This document shows, piece by piece, positions 50,796 to 64,000 of a stretch of 64,000 nucleotides of DNA. Each line of letters opens with the position of its first letter. Within the stretch, counting starts at the first letter, position 1. The stretch comes from Marsupella aquatica. Its lineage: Eukaryota > Plantae > Marchantiophyta. The notes beneath the pieces are model-generated. The model had not been told where the DNA came from. It made no database searches and saw only the letters and a program-made list of their open reading frames with translations. The stretch spans positions 30,263,112 through 30,327,111 of the forward strand of contig OZ316891.1 in the NCBI GenBank assembly GCA_973895155.1, written 5' to 3'. Made by a program: the position numbers and the translations under genes.

Positions 50796-53700
50796 CAATG
50801 AAGCATTGCACTAGCAAAGACAATGTGCTAAGTTGGTGATGCACATTAAGGACTTGGATTAGCACTCAAAACTGTTTGGGTGACGAGTTGGGTGATGGGT
50901 AGGGCAAGCTTAAGGTGGACCGTCCAAAGCCCCAAACGGACTTTGAGTTTTGAGGGCTTGAGCAAGAGCTCCTCTTGGGCCCAAGGCCAAAAAAATTTAC
51001 ATGTGCAACAAATGTTTGGCGCATGAAATATGGCATGAAGCAGGTGTAGCCATCCGAGACCCCCACTGACAACAGGTTCTAAGGGCCCAGGCATGAGCAC
51101 TAGGTTGGCCCAATGCATAGCCCAATCACAATGGGCTAAGGCACTTTACTTACAAATGCTTAACTAGAAGTTATGGGCATATCAAGTTAGTTGTGTGCCC
51201 ATGCAATCAATCGAAGTCCAGGTTGAGGGAAAAATATAGGGGAACAAAGTTGGGCCGGGGGTGACAGCCTCAGCTGGCTGGGTCTAGAGGTGTCTTTGGT
51301 TCTCAAGATTTGCGAGGGCTATCTTGTTTGCTTGCCAAATCCTGTTGAAACAGTAGCCAAGCTGCATTCAATTTTCCATGGGAGCTTGCATTGGGGAGGC
51401 AATGCATAGTAGGCATGGGTGCTGAGGTCCAAGTGCCTTTGGCCCCTAGACTCTCATTGAGTGGGAGCCTTAGAGATGGTTGCTAGAGTCGGGGCCAAAG
51501 TGGTCCTGTTGTTTGGGACAAGCTACAAGACAAGCTAGCTATTTGGACCATGAGCATGTCGTGGAGGCAAGGCGGTCAACCAGTGATGGATAGAAAGTGG
51601 GGAAGCTTGGGTGGTACCCAATAGAAGGGTTGTTCTAGTTGAATAGTGGGCACTTTGGCCTTAGCTTCACTTATGGCAAGGCCACGTGAGCTCAAGAGGT
51701 TCTATAATTTTGCTAACCTACTTACTAATGACTGTTGAGCTTGAGGCAAGAAAATGGTCTTGGGGATCCTAGATGATGATGGGTTACTTACTGATGTGTT
51801 TGGTTGCCTATGCAGATAGTGAAGACTGTTGAGCAACGGTTGTGTTAGGGAGCAAGTGCGGGTTTGTATGGGAGTTGCCACTGGTGGTGATAGAGGCACC
51901 AAGTTTCTTGGTCAAGGAGTATTTAGGCATTTGTGCACCCAAGATACTTAGGTAAGAGTAATAGAATTGGTGAGGGCGTTGAATGGCAAGGTCCACTACT
52001 CTGAGTTACTCTGAAAGGCGGGGTTTCCCTACATGATCTCCCAAATTTTACCAGTCTAGCGATTACTAATGTATCAAAACATTCCAATTGAAAGGTGTAA
52101 TGTGCTCAGGTAATGTGTGAGGACTGCAAAACCTTTGAAGTAACACGAAGAGAGATAATTCAATTTCCACCACTTGACACATTTTATAGATTAATTAGTA
52201 CAAGCCACTTTGTTTATAGACAAGTCTCTTTCAAAATTCATGGCATGTTGTTGCACCACATTGGCAGTTTTTTCCACAAACACAAACAACAATGGTTGCG
52301 GTGACAAACAAACACAACCCGGCCTTGGTGTCTGTTGCGACGCCAACAAAAAATGGTTTGACCCCAAAAATGGTGAAACCTTAAGAACAAGCCAAATAAC
52401 AAAGCTAGAGTGGGGGGGGGGGGAGTAACCTCTTGTAACCATTTTATTTACTTTTTTAAATTACAATAAAGAATTTCTTCCCACATAAATTAGTCAACAA
52501 CTAACTCTAGGTGTTTGTTCTAATTGATTTACTCATTCAATCTATTATTTGCTAACAAAGAGGACCGTGGATGACAATGGATAACAATCACATGCAAAGA
52601 TGGATGTCATCAGATTGTTTAGATGGGCGAACGAGATTGAATGTCTATGATTAACAATAACAATGTGGACTTTAAACCAACCGTACTTAAAATTTTTCCG
52701 TTGTTCTTTTGGGGTTTCAGGATGCCTTTTCTGTGCTGCTTGGTAAGTGAGCATTTCAAGATGCATCAAACAAGTTTTTTGGCCATAATTTGGTTGTCTC
52801 AAAACCCGTTTGGGTTAGGAGGTCCCAAAGCTACGTAGATTTTTTAAGTTGCTACCTAGCTTTAGGACCTACTAACAGAATAACTTTCCCAACACATTCT
52901 GATAACCCTCATTAAATCAATTAGATGAGAGGGATTGAGGTGAATTAAAGGAAAAGGGAAAAAATGGGCCGGGTAGGATTGGGACAAAAATGGGTGGAAG
53001 CTAAGGGTGGGCAGGAGGGGGGAATTTGTCTAGTTTAGGTTTAGTACACAAAATTCTCCCATTCAACTGCTAACAATGGCCCAACACTAAAACATAATCA
53101 ATGCAGGGATGAAAGCCATTATTTTTAGACCAAACCTCTTGCCTCTCGAGTCAATTCAGGAGCTGAACTATGAGCACATCTTGCTGGTTATTGGAAATTC
53201 TTGGTTTGAAGTTTCACCAAATGACATCAAGGCCTGCATAATAAGGTTCAAAGGAGGTCCGCTACATCCATAGTGCTACAAGGATAAGGATAATGCTTGT
53301 GCCGGACGTGGAAAATGAGCTCCAACAACCTTTGTGGGAGAAACTTTGATTACTTTCTCACAAGCATTAATGCAAGGGTTCACAAACTCATTGTCACAGG
53401 GTAAGTGACTTAACCGTTGGTAAGACACAAGAGATCCTATCGCCCTTGGATCAGATTCACACACCACCACAAATAGTCCTCTCTGGTAGGGTTCCACCCC
53501 CACCCTGGCCTCCCTATTTCCAGATTGCCCTCCTCCGTCCACACAGCAGGTGCCCCTCAGCACCCTGCGCCAAGGATGATGAGAATTGTCAGATTCTCCA
53601 ATATGGCAATCTCAAGGCCATAGGATCCTCTGATGCTAGCCAGGGTTAAGTCATTTAAGTCGGGACAAAAAAATGATTGTAGTAAGTAATCTAAAGATAT

Positions 53701-54114
53701 TTCAACAAAAAAGTGGCAGTCTAGTAAGGGTGGCTTCACAAGTAGTTGGGAGCACTTTCAACTTTTTTTTCTGGTCTCCAAGATGTGATTGTATACAGCT
53801 GTTGTTCACTTTTCAAAATGTTGGGGCAGTTTTGTTGTAAACTCTTGCGTATCCTACATGGACTAAAGTGGGGCCCAAATTTTGGTCCCAGATTTTAGAC
53901 TGCCTCTCTTGGAGGTCTCTGGCTGCTTGGTCTTTGTTTATTCTATTTTGTATAAATTAGTTCTTTTACATGAAAAGTGGACCCACATGCCCCTCATCAG
54001 ATCTTCTGTTGTCAAAACAAGAAGAGCCCTAGGCAAAGAACTATGTGGCTTTTAGGTGAAGTGGGTCCCCATTTTCTCTCCTAGAAATTTAGTTAGCACA
54101 ATTTGTTGGACTTA

Positions 54115-54521
54115 AGGGGGGCTTTACAAGAACTTGGGGGCAGCCATTCCATTTTTTCTAAGTGAAAGATGCAATCCTAGCCATTCATATGTGGGAACTG
54201 GCCACACTTCACTTTACATGAACTTGGGGGCACAATGAACCAAAAGCATTACCGAACCTAGTCATCTGTCAGTGGGCCCCTTGTGGGTCCCTTTTTTTGC
54301 TGAGTTGTGCAAGCTTTTTTGTCAAAAACTTAGACCTCCTCTTGAGGTGGTCTAAAAACTTGGAGCAAACGGCCGCTTGGTTTCAGGGAATTGCATTGAT
54401 TACTTCCATACCTGACACATTTTGGCTCAGGCATTTTAACTTTTGTGGAAGGAAATGGCCATCAGCTTTGCTCTGGATGGAGAGAGAGTGAACGGCCCCC
54501 ACCGTCTTGTAAAGCCCCCCT
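54115..54521. mobile_element. TIR MITE (PIF/Harbinger- or Tc1-like), perfect 17-bp TIR
   Basis: AGGGGGGCTTTACAAGA (54115-54131) and TCTTGTAAAGCCCCCCT (54505-54521), flanked by TTA and TAG (a TA duplication). Confidence 0.85.
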
Positions 54522-57129
54522 TAGGTGCACAAGACACTGGGGCCATAAATTGTGTCAAAATTCTCCTTTAGCCCAGGTACACTATCTTTAGGATGCTAAG
54601 GCTGGTAGATTACGGTTGGTACACAAACATTCAAACTGCCCCCATGGTCTTGTAAAGTCCTGTTATACTCACTAATTAGAAAAGCATAAACATGCCCATC
54701 AAGTCACAGTTCAGTGTGGCATTACTAGGGAGTCTCAAACCTCGCGTTTCTACCTCCGGACGCGGTCAGGGACAAATTCCTGAGAAAAAAGTGGCGGACA
54801 CAAAAATTCATGCCCGCGCACTCCTGACCGGTGACCAAAACTGATAGTTTTGGGAGTTGTTTTTTTTTCTTTCTTCTTTTCCCGGGAGCTTCAAGTTTGA
54901 GACACCCTATTGGACCCTACCAAGGAGATGCTAGGGAGTTGGAGAGGGACAAATGCTCGGCGTTTGTAGATAGGGACGATCCATCCCATCCCTGCAAAGG
55001 CAGATTGGGGGTATTATTGTTGGTCGGCCAGCCTGCATTGAATGCATCATATGCCTTTTGCACATGGAAGAGGAAAGGCATGATTGTAGCGCTGACAAAG
55101 TGAGCTAGAATCCATCCACGGTCCAGCCCCTGCCCCACCCCAAACAAAAGGCACTGTACCCATCTTCTGCTCCTTTCATGGTGCCAGGTTGGTAGCAGGC
55201 AGAGACCACTTTAGGGGACAGCCTGTGCGGTGCTGCTCGGCTGGAGAGAACTCGACATTGTTTGTACCTTCCTGTTTTTTGTTCTTCTGGATTTAGGGGT
55301 GCTGTTTTTTCTGCTTTATTACTCGGTTGTTTTCTAAGTTCCACCGTTGATAGTCGTTTTGTTCGATTCAGTTTGTTTGCTTGTGATTTCTCGCTTCAGT
55401 AAGTTTAACCTGTGATTCATGTGGCTCATCCGTCTTGTGGTTTAAAATGGAGAGCTCTTATTGTTAGAGCTCTTACGGGTCTACAGTTGTGGGGCTGCCC
55501 TGTCACTTGGGCTCGGTTTCCCTAGTTTCCCTTTCAAAAAACATATTGGAGAGCTCGATTGCTTTACATGCACAGCAAGCTCATATTTTATTCACTTCTT
55601 ACCTGGATTTATCTCTGTTGTGGTCCAGGTTCTGTACATGGAGACTATCCCTCCTATACGCTTTTAATGATCCTAAATCCTCCACCACCACACTCACCAG
55701 AACGCGACAGGACAGCACCTGGGTTTGACCTCGGTCCAAAGTCCATGGCATGCGACTTCAGAAACGATCAGCACTAAAGCGGCCGACCAACTTTCTGAGT
55801 GGATTGATCGAAACAAGTGCCTGGGAGCAAACAAGAGGAAAGATGGAAGGAGTAGCGTTGATTTCTGCCCAGTAGACATGCAGCACATGAGCCTCGAACC
55901 TTGATTGATGGACCCGTTGGGCTAAAGGCCCACAATTCCATTTTCTTGGCCAGAAACTTTGCGGACATGTTACACGAAATTGAATCTTCAAAAGCCCAGA
56001 ATTTTGCCTTTTGGCCCCGCAATCCTTCTTCATTCTTGTATCACTCTCAAATCACAATGTAGCAACAATCTGATCACCCCACGTGGTGGACGACCGCTAT
56101 AGTCTCTGGGGTCTACATTCTCTCAAGAAACATATTTATCCAAGGTAAAAACAAATAAATCTGATCACCCAAATTCTCCCTACTTTCCCTCTCAGAATCC
56201 AAGCACACCGCATTGAGGGTATATATGATTGAGATTATGTATGCAAGATTCTTGCTGCATTATATAACGTCATCGTTGCGCCCTTTTCCTGTATGATTCT
56301 GAAACCAACAATGCACCAACGATCTGATCACCCAAATTGCCCACTTTCTCTCCCAGAACAGTATCACAATTTTTCTATACAAGATTCCTGTTGCAATTAA
56401 TAGAGAAAGCCACCATGGTGACCTTTTCTCTGCCAGATCATATGGTAACGACGCTTCCAACACTACAAGTGCTCTCGGCGGGAAAAACTCGAGCTCAGAT
56501 GAATACGTCGGTGATGGTTCCTGCTAGCAGCTGGAACCTCCAGCTATTAGGTTTGGGAGTTACGACTCGGTTGAGTATTCTCTAGTTTTTTGGGTTTGGT
56601 AACTTACAATAGGTTACTCTTACATAGCCTACATCATCAGCTAGGTCCAGGGCCAAATCCATGCAATCTGGAACCTTGCAGCCACTTGCGTTATGTGAAC
56701 TCTTTTAGAACGCAATCCCAACAGAACCAGACTCACTAAACTCCTCAAAGTATGTCTACTGTACAAGTGATTAATTTATTTTGTTCTCTTCATGCTCTCA
56801 TCATACAGAACATTCGTCCCTGAATTTTCTGTAAATTCTCCTGCTGTAACAACCGGGAACATGAAAAAAGCTGATCAGTAGGGTACAAAGTCATGCATAA
56901 TTCCATAATTCCATAAATGAGACATCAGAAGATCAGGTAATGAAACTGATGTTAAAATTCTCACTGGAGTGAGCATTTGATTTGAAATATAGTTGGGATC
57001 AAATCAACTCCCTAATGCTACAAATGTATGCTGGATAAAACAAGCTGTACTTGTTGCGAATATTGCAGTTGAGTTAATGAGCTCCGAAACATTTCATCAG
57101 TAAAATGGCCAACATAGAGCTCGTTCGAT

Positions 57130-57280
57130 GTGGGACCTGACTACCTGTGGCTCTTGGGCTTTTTGTTCTTCAGCCTTCTGGGTTCGGTTTGCTCCTCTGT
57201 TTTCCCTCTTTATTGGGTTTCTTCCCTTTGGGATCTTGCCTCCCGGTGCACTTTCTGTTCTATGGCAGTGATATATACGT
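57130..57280 (+). mobile_element. Short 3' remnant related to the CRE-like element tail
   Basis: Ends in TTCTGTTCTATGGCAGTGATATATAC, against TCTTGCTCTTTGGCAGTTTGATATATAC at the CRE 3' end. The body is T-rich in both. Confidence 0.55.
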
Positions 57281-59204
57281 TTCTAGAGAGGAGGCAGTGA
57301 TTCAGTAGTGAAGCTCGCGAGGTGGGGCCGTGCTTCCCAAAGTCTAATGTGAAACATAACGTAGCTTCGAAAACTGCGCGACCTAGAGGAGTCTAGCAGT
57401 GTCAATTTAAGAAGTTGAAAGTACTGTTGGAAACGGCAACGTGACCAGTGACTTCGCACTACAGTACTTGTGACCAAACAAACACACTCACGATCGATTC
57501 CAAAAGAAAGAATCACCGAAGCGAATGAGACATTGAGGTAATCCTATTCCACCGATCCTGCAAAGCTGTAACGTTACAACTTACAAGGATAGCGATGCTC
57601 ACTCATTTGCCATAGAATAGTGTAGGAATTCGGACAGGTAACGTCTCCTTTCTCCCATCATTGCCCTAACCTACGGCCTTCGTCCAACTCAACAAAAAAC
57701 AAGCCAAAAAGTGCTTTTGTCCGGATCAGAAGTGAACAGAACCAAGTTACTAAAAAGTGCCAATACAATAAAATCAAGTAAGACCAAAAGAGGTCCAGAG
57801 AGAACAAACACCAACGAAACTCAGAAGAAGAAGACAAATGCAAACCCCAAAATCCTAGAAAGAAGATCCGTTTTGCATTCCGTTCAGAAAGAAAGACACT
57901 CGTGAGTGCCCTGCAAGGCCGGCCCACAAACTGAGGTCCCAACTGCAACAGTAAGTTCTTCTCGTCTCATCTCATCCTGCAGAGGGGATTGGGCTTCGTT
58001 TTTTAGCATGAAAGTAGCTCAACTTGGTGGAGGAGCTTCTGTGTAAAGTGTCCTGCACGCAGATCAAGGACACACAGACACTCAAATAAAATACAATAAA
58101 ACCAAAAGATACACACAATAAAACAAAACAAAACAAAACCAAACCAAAGGATACACTCAGGCAAGTCTTTGGTCATCCTTGGGACTCAAACAGTAACGCT
58201 TTGTTCCCTTTCTATCATTGCCTTCGTGGGGAGGGAATTGGTAGTGGTCCATGAACACTCGCCTTCCCTTTCCACCCGTGCTTCATAAATATCAAGGGTG
58301 GGTTGCTGCTGTATATGCCTGCTGAGTGCTGATCTGCTGCCTTCGGTGGGGACAGCCTTATAAATTATGCTGCCGAGTATGTTACAGTCGATTTCTGTTT
58401 GGTCCATACCGGACGAAAAGGTCCAGAGAGAGAGAGAGTCTTGCAGTCTTCGTCGATTTGGTCCCTATCGTATCGAAAAAAACCAGAGACTCCCACAGTT
58501 TTTCTGTCTACACACGGGTTTGTAGTTTATGCTTGACATGAAATAAATGGAATAGTCCATGTCGCTCCACTTTCTTACTTTTCAGGGAGATTTTTGACTG
58601 ATTATAATGCAGCGTATCAACAGGTCCTGAGGAGTGGCAATGATGATTTTAAGGGACTTTTTACTAACTACAGTGCTTGGGTATCACCAGCTAAGGAGGA
58701 GTGATAATGATGGTTTAAAACCTCCACTGACCCAAAGACAAAATAATCCCCTTTATACTTTTCTAAAGAAGATTTTTTTAAATTTATTATGTGGTTCTGG
58801 GATGGCCAGAACGGGAGGAGTGATAGTGGTGATTTCAGGAAAATGTTGTCTGGATAGATGGATATCAACTTTTTGCCACAAAGGGAAAGAAACGCAGAGA
58901 AGGAAAAGGTCTAGACCAACAACTAAGGGCAAAGGCTAGGCAATCAAATTTCTAACTACTCCCAGAGGATCCGATCAGAGTTGGGACACAGCTTCCATGG
59001 GATTCCTACCCCAAACGAATTTCTAAGATCTAGACTGGGATGTATAAAAAATTGCTATTTAAACTAGGATAGTATGGTTTGAGAGTAAACACTGCACGAG
59101 TTGAAACAAGGAGCATTTTGGGATACCATTCAAGTTCCAGGGTTTTGGATGGAGATGCTGTCTAAGCAATGACTACCCAAAGTATACCAGGAGGAAGTAG
59201 ATTA

Positions 59205-59345
59205 ATATATATCACACTGTCAAAGAACAAAAAGCACCAAGCCGGGATCCCAAAGCCAAGAGACTCATTGAAAGGGAGAAAATGAGGGGAAAACCCAGGG
59301 AAACCAAATACACAAAATAGTATTTCCATGAAGGTACACAACACT
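59205..59345 (-). mobile_element. Short 3' remnant related to the CRE-like element tail
   Basis: The plus strand TATATATCACACTGTCAAAGAACAAAAAGC resembles TATATATCAAACTGCCAAAGAGCAAGAGGC at about 18429. Confidence 0.55.
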
Positions 59346-60035
59346 AGGTCCTACGTTTTCTAGAGAAGCTAGTGGAAACTTTGTTTCATCATTATGCCAA
59401 CATTTTTTTTTCTTCCGTTTATAGTCAAGTATTTGTTGGGACCAAGAATGAAGAAAATGTCCACACCTCTATCATGATGAATCGAAAATTGAAGTCAATA
59501 GCTCAAATGCAATTCTCTAGCCTATGCAAGATGCTCCAATGATTGTTGCATGCATGTTTGGGTTTCATCTTTCCAACTTCCTTGACTTGTCACCCTAAAA
59601 ATTTTGGGAAGGGGGGGGTGGGGTGTTTATTTTTGATATAGTACATTCCAGTTTTGTAAAGAAAATAATCCATGATAATTCACGATATTAATCACTTATT
59701 TTAGTTTATAAAAAGGATCCACAAAATACATAAATTAGAGAACAGTGTACAAATTTAACTTCATGATCTTATTTTCTTTCATACTTTAAATTTTTTTGAT
59801 AATTTTGATCAAAAATACTTATTTTGAATTGCAAATTGTTACTCCAGTTTTTTGTAACCATGTGAGGCTTTTAAGGATAGCCTCGGGTTAGTAAGACTTG
59901 TACATATAGCTGTATGTAAGCTTACGAAGCCCCCAACTTACAAGACCGGCTTGTAACCATAGCCTTAGGTAAGCTTACAAGGCCAATCATTCTCACCGAT
60001 GACCCTCAGGGTTTTGTGAGGGCATTCGGAGCTCC

Positions 60036-60088
60036 TTTAGGGTTTAGGGTTTAGGGTTTAACCCTAAACCCTAAACCTAAACCCTAAA
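60036..60088. repeat. Head-to-head (inverted) telomeric repeat
   Basis: (TTTAGGG)3 TTT AA (CCCTAAA)2 CCTAAA CCCTAAA, flanked by direct CTCCTT (60032-60037 and 60089-60094). Confidence 0.92.
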
Positions 60089-62069
60089 CTCCTTAAGCCC
60101 AATAAAAGGTTGTGCCTCCATTCACTTGTGGAACTGTGAAACTATCATTACCTCACCGAAGCTCACACTACTCTGTTGGTCTGAGAGCAGGGTGTACAGA
60201 ATAACAGAGGACCGCATGTTCCTTTCTAGTTGATCTGAAGAAGAGGGTGAAGAATCAGAGTGCTCCTTAATTATTGGTCTGAAAGTACAGTATACAAAAT
60301 GAGAGAGTGGGGCATGCTCCCTTCCTTGTTAATACGATAGTAGAGTGAGTGTACATAATTACAGAACACAACATTTTCCCTCCGTCGTCAGACTTGTCTG
60401 TTGACGAAAGGAAGTATATGTCATTACCGTGTACCGCGTATTCCTTCATTTATTAGCACACGAAGAATCACATGCCTGTCCAAAATTTGGAGCGTTCCAG
60501 GTATCGAGTGAGTTCCTCAACCAAATTTTCGTGTGGTAACGCATTAGCTCATCCGTTTCGTTTCTTTGGGCAAGGCAGCATGAAGCCTTTTCAGGTTAAA
60601 CGCTATATGCCTCATTCATTCTCTTGACTACAGCTCTAAGCTTCACTTCTTAAAAACAGTGCTCTCGGGTAGGTAGGACAATCTTTCCAGGGAAATTTTA
60701 AAAATACAGCCGAAAGTACTTTCATGGAACCTTCTTTTCAACAACAATTATACAATCTTCACTTACACGAGTCTCCCTCGTCTTGCGTAATACCATTAAA
60801 ATAAGAAGTTTCTCAAAGCGACTTCCCGTAACCATTGACCCAAGTGTCTTGCAGACATCATCCTTGTGGAACTGTCTGGAGCTTCAAGACCACCATCATA
60901 CTTGTCGAGTACAAATGTTACTAACCTCCAATTACGAGGGTGTATTGGTCTAGAACAAACACCTGTCATTTTAAGACAGCCTTAACACAAAACTGGTGGC
61001 AGTCCATCACAGTTTGCCCCACTTCAAAGCTGCAAGAGTCGAAGCATGATAGGAAGAAGACTTTTTCCCAGGAGTTACATCATTAACTCCTGTTAGTTGC
61101 TTCCACATTGCAGAAAACTGTGAGCAACTACTCCATAATGGACGTACTTGCAACATAAGACCTCAACAAAAGTTAAATTTAGAGTTTAAGAGACGATCCA
61201 AGAACCTCCATTCGACAAAATAAAAGGACGGCCCAACCTTCTGGAGCACATAAATGTAAATAACTGACTTCCAAACGTAAAGAACTGGAAATATTTCCGA
61301 GTAGAGAATCAGACGCTTCAGAAATAAAGTTCTGAAAGAGATTAGCTGTGAAATACAGAACCGTCTTCCAGGCATCTTCCCACTTTGGTCCACCACTTGT
61401 CACGTTGCTGGCAATGTCTGAAGAATAAACATCTCATTCCACACTAAATCTTGTCTGGATTCAATATGTTAGCCTTATAACAACAGGTACAAACGGTAAA
61501 CAATGTTGTGATAATTAAAAAATAGATTATAATACAAGTCTCCTCGCGACATCCATTCTACAACATCCGCAATCAACCAGTTTAAACTCATCTTAACCTA
61601 AAGGTAGCAGTTCTGGCTTGCCTACAGCCACACGAAAAGAATCACTTCCGGGAGTCACCTACATCTAAGGTACTTTGAAAACACATATAAGCCCCCACTG
61701 GCAGGGTATAATCACCTGAGTAATCACTGCAGGCCTTCTCTAGGTCCAAAGCCAGACTTCAACATGTAGCAATCTTGTGATCAGAGTCACACGATATTCT
61801 GGGCAATCCAGTCCAAGCCGTCTCTTAATCTGTGACCAGCATGGGACTGATAAGTCACTACAGGGTGAGGACAAATCCAGATGAGGGAATGGTACATGTA
61901 TATGTACCATTCCACTATCTAGTCTTGGATTGCTAATTAAATGAAACCAGATGTCGGTGACACTCTGTGCTCCATTATGGAAGTCCATTATAAAGTGCAG
62001 AGAGAGTAAACAATAATAATTGAACCACAACTACATACAGAGTAGGCATTTTCAGCGATGGAATTAAAA

Positions 62070-63478
62070 TTAGAGGTAACCTGGGTTTCCGAAGGGATTT
62101 CCAAATGGATTGTTTGGTTGCTGTGGCTGGCCAGGAACACCTGGCGGAAGAGCTTGAGGATATTGAGGAACGCCAGGAGGAGGCCCAAAAGGGGTGGCAA
62201 ATGGATTAGCAACAGGAGGGCCAGCATACGGTGGTTGCATCATCATTTGCTGTTGCGTCATATGTGCCATCTGGACATTGGGTGGAGGTGCTACCCTGTG
62301 AGAAGCCATGAATGGGTCATGATGGACAAAGCCACCATCAAAAGGATTGGGTGCCCCTACTGGGAGAGAGTTATAGCTATTGGGAGCCTGCCCATATGTT
62401 GTGGGACGCCGTGTCATGCCATCATCGTAAAGAGCATCAAGCAAAAGATTATCCCATCCACCAGCCTGCAAAACAGTCTCGATTCTCAGAACAAACAACT
62501 TCCAAATCTCTAAGTGAATTAAGCAACACGGTCCGATGGTATAACATATCCAGATATGTTGTTTCCAACCAGCTACACCCCCCTGTTACTGACAGACCTA
62601 GGTTGACCTCTTCTCCTGCAATAAACAGATTCTGCAATACTAAATTGTACCTACTTCAAGCCGAAGTGAATCATAATGCTGTAAGTTAGCTTGTGCGTTG
62701 GAATTGGAGCCGTGTAGTAAACAACACTCTACGGCATTCACCAGAGAACTTCTATGGAAACCTCGATCAATAAGATAGTGAGGAAAGTGTATTAACAACG
62801 TAAATGAGGTAGCGTCATGTCATACCAGTTTGCTGCCGGCAGCAGTGCTGCCATTGCTGCTTGGGGTTGTGACGAGAGCAAGTTCCCAGCCGGTAGCGCT
62901 TCCGTCAAAGCCACCATTTGTACCATGTGAGCCTCCAGTTCCATTTGTAGATGGGCCTGAACGGTTACAAAACGTCTTACTCTCAGATGCAAGTTACTTC
63001 CAGCTCAAGATGAGGCTAGTCCGTAAGAGATGGGAAAAGCATGAGAATTCTTCCTTTCCACAAAAAAATGTTTCATCCTCAGTGGGAAGATATAAAGTAC
63101 AAGTATTCCTCTAGCTACCTGCAGGAACAATAGCCAGAGCCAGCGCATTCTGGTCTTCGAGATGACTGGGACTTGGTAGCGCGTCACCTAAGCCCTGCAG
63201 TAAAGACAGTTCAATCGTAATTATCTGATTTGACATGCAACAACTTTGACTATCGAAAAGGTGTTCCCGGAAAAAACGAAGTGGATGGTTCAGGATAATC
63301 ATGGTCAGAAAATACATACCAGGAGATCAGTTTCAACCTCTGGTGGTGGAGGTGGAGGTAGAACCTCCTTTGCTACCGGTTCTGGTGCAGCTCGAGGCGA
63401 TGCATCCTGTTGCTCCGGTTCTTCAAATTCAGGCGTAGGAGAAACAGGTCGTATACGTGTCGGCTCTGGATAATACTC
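62070..63478 (-). CDS. AP180/PICALM-like ANTH-domain clathrin assembly protein, C-terminal four coding exons (5' part beyond the window)
   Basis: Exons 63478-63320, 63194-63119, 62956-62826 and 62465-62070 are in frame. They carry the family motifs ETDLLGL, EDQNALALAIVP, TGWELALVTTPS, KLAGGWDNLLLDALYDD, DPFMASHRVAPPPNVQMA and NPF repeats ending NPFGNPGYL*. Confidence 0.95.
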
Positions 63479-64000
63479 CTGTGGCAAACAACATATTGAT
63501 ATGAAACCAATGTGCTCTCCATGGAAGCAATCAATATAATAACTACGAAGACAAACATGATCTATCTTCTTAAGGATACTTGAATGAACCCAGAGATCAT
63601 ATGCAGAAACTATGATCAATAGTGTAGAGGCACGTCAAGGTGAAAACACAGTTGTGAATCAGCCATGACGAGTCCCATTTAGAAAAACATATTGGGCCTT
63701 ATTCTCCTGATTTGCAATCAAGAGTTTTAGACGATCAGCTTGACCATGCACTGCAGTGATAATATGTCACCACTGACTTGATCAGATATGGACAAGTCCG
63801 GGGCACACCATTATACAATACTGTACAATGTCGTTCTGCCACCAGTCTCTGCAATTACAATGGTAATCACAAAACCATAGCTCATCCGGGAAGCTCTTCA
63901 CAACTGGCCCAGATCAAGTTGGCCGTGTCTTCCCTAAGCGGACAAGAGATCTTAAATTAACAGAGTTGCGACCTACAATTGCCTTAATGGGGCCATCGGA

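Noticed and set aside
54880-55460. Possible L1 3' fragment (also about 39050-39290 and 57680-57950)
   Set aside because: Only compositional resemblance to LINE 3' ends; no diagnostic motif or TSD.
11462-59545. Perfect CAAT(C/G)ATTG HD-Zip II sites at 11462, 38440, 47223 and 59537
   Set aside because: Far from the gene, unclustered, and plausible by chance in AT-rich DNA.
63547-63569. GAAGACA-N9-TATCTTC in the ANTH gene intron
   Set aside because: Wrong spacing, one mismatch and isolated; likely chance.

Overview
Eukaryotic land-plant genomic DNA. A bryophyte, possibly a liverwort, is inferred from the HD-Zip II sequence, gene density and TTTAGGG repeats. There are two host genes: a complete 4-exon class II HD-Zip transcription factor (30847-32336, +) and the last four coding exons of an AP180/PICALM-type ANTH clathrin adaptor (62070-63478, -). 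Positions 1-10153 are the right-hand part of a large Mutator-like element (MULE). It has a 6-exon transposase whose only lesion seen is a 10-bp duplication. It also has an accessory ORF with a stand-alone RNase H1 hybrid-binding (viroplasmin) domain and a convergent Pro/RG-rich accessory gene. Its non-coding DNA carries roughly 15-20 copies of a fixed-spacing dyad, GAAGACA-N10-TGTCTTC, amplified by tandem repeats. That layout recalls the VANDAL/VANC anti-silencing system and is the main candidate novel system. The rest is intergenic DNA containing a decayed CRE-type RT+REL retrotransposon and its 3' remnants, two MULE MITEs with exact 10-bp TSDs, a copia solo LTR with TSD, nested TIR MITEs, a SINE-like head and a head-to-head telomeric-repeat insertion. 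All calls were made by eye; no searches were run.
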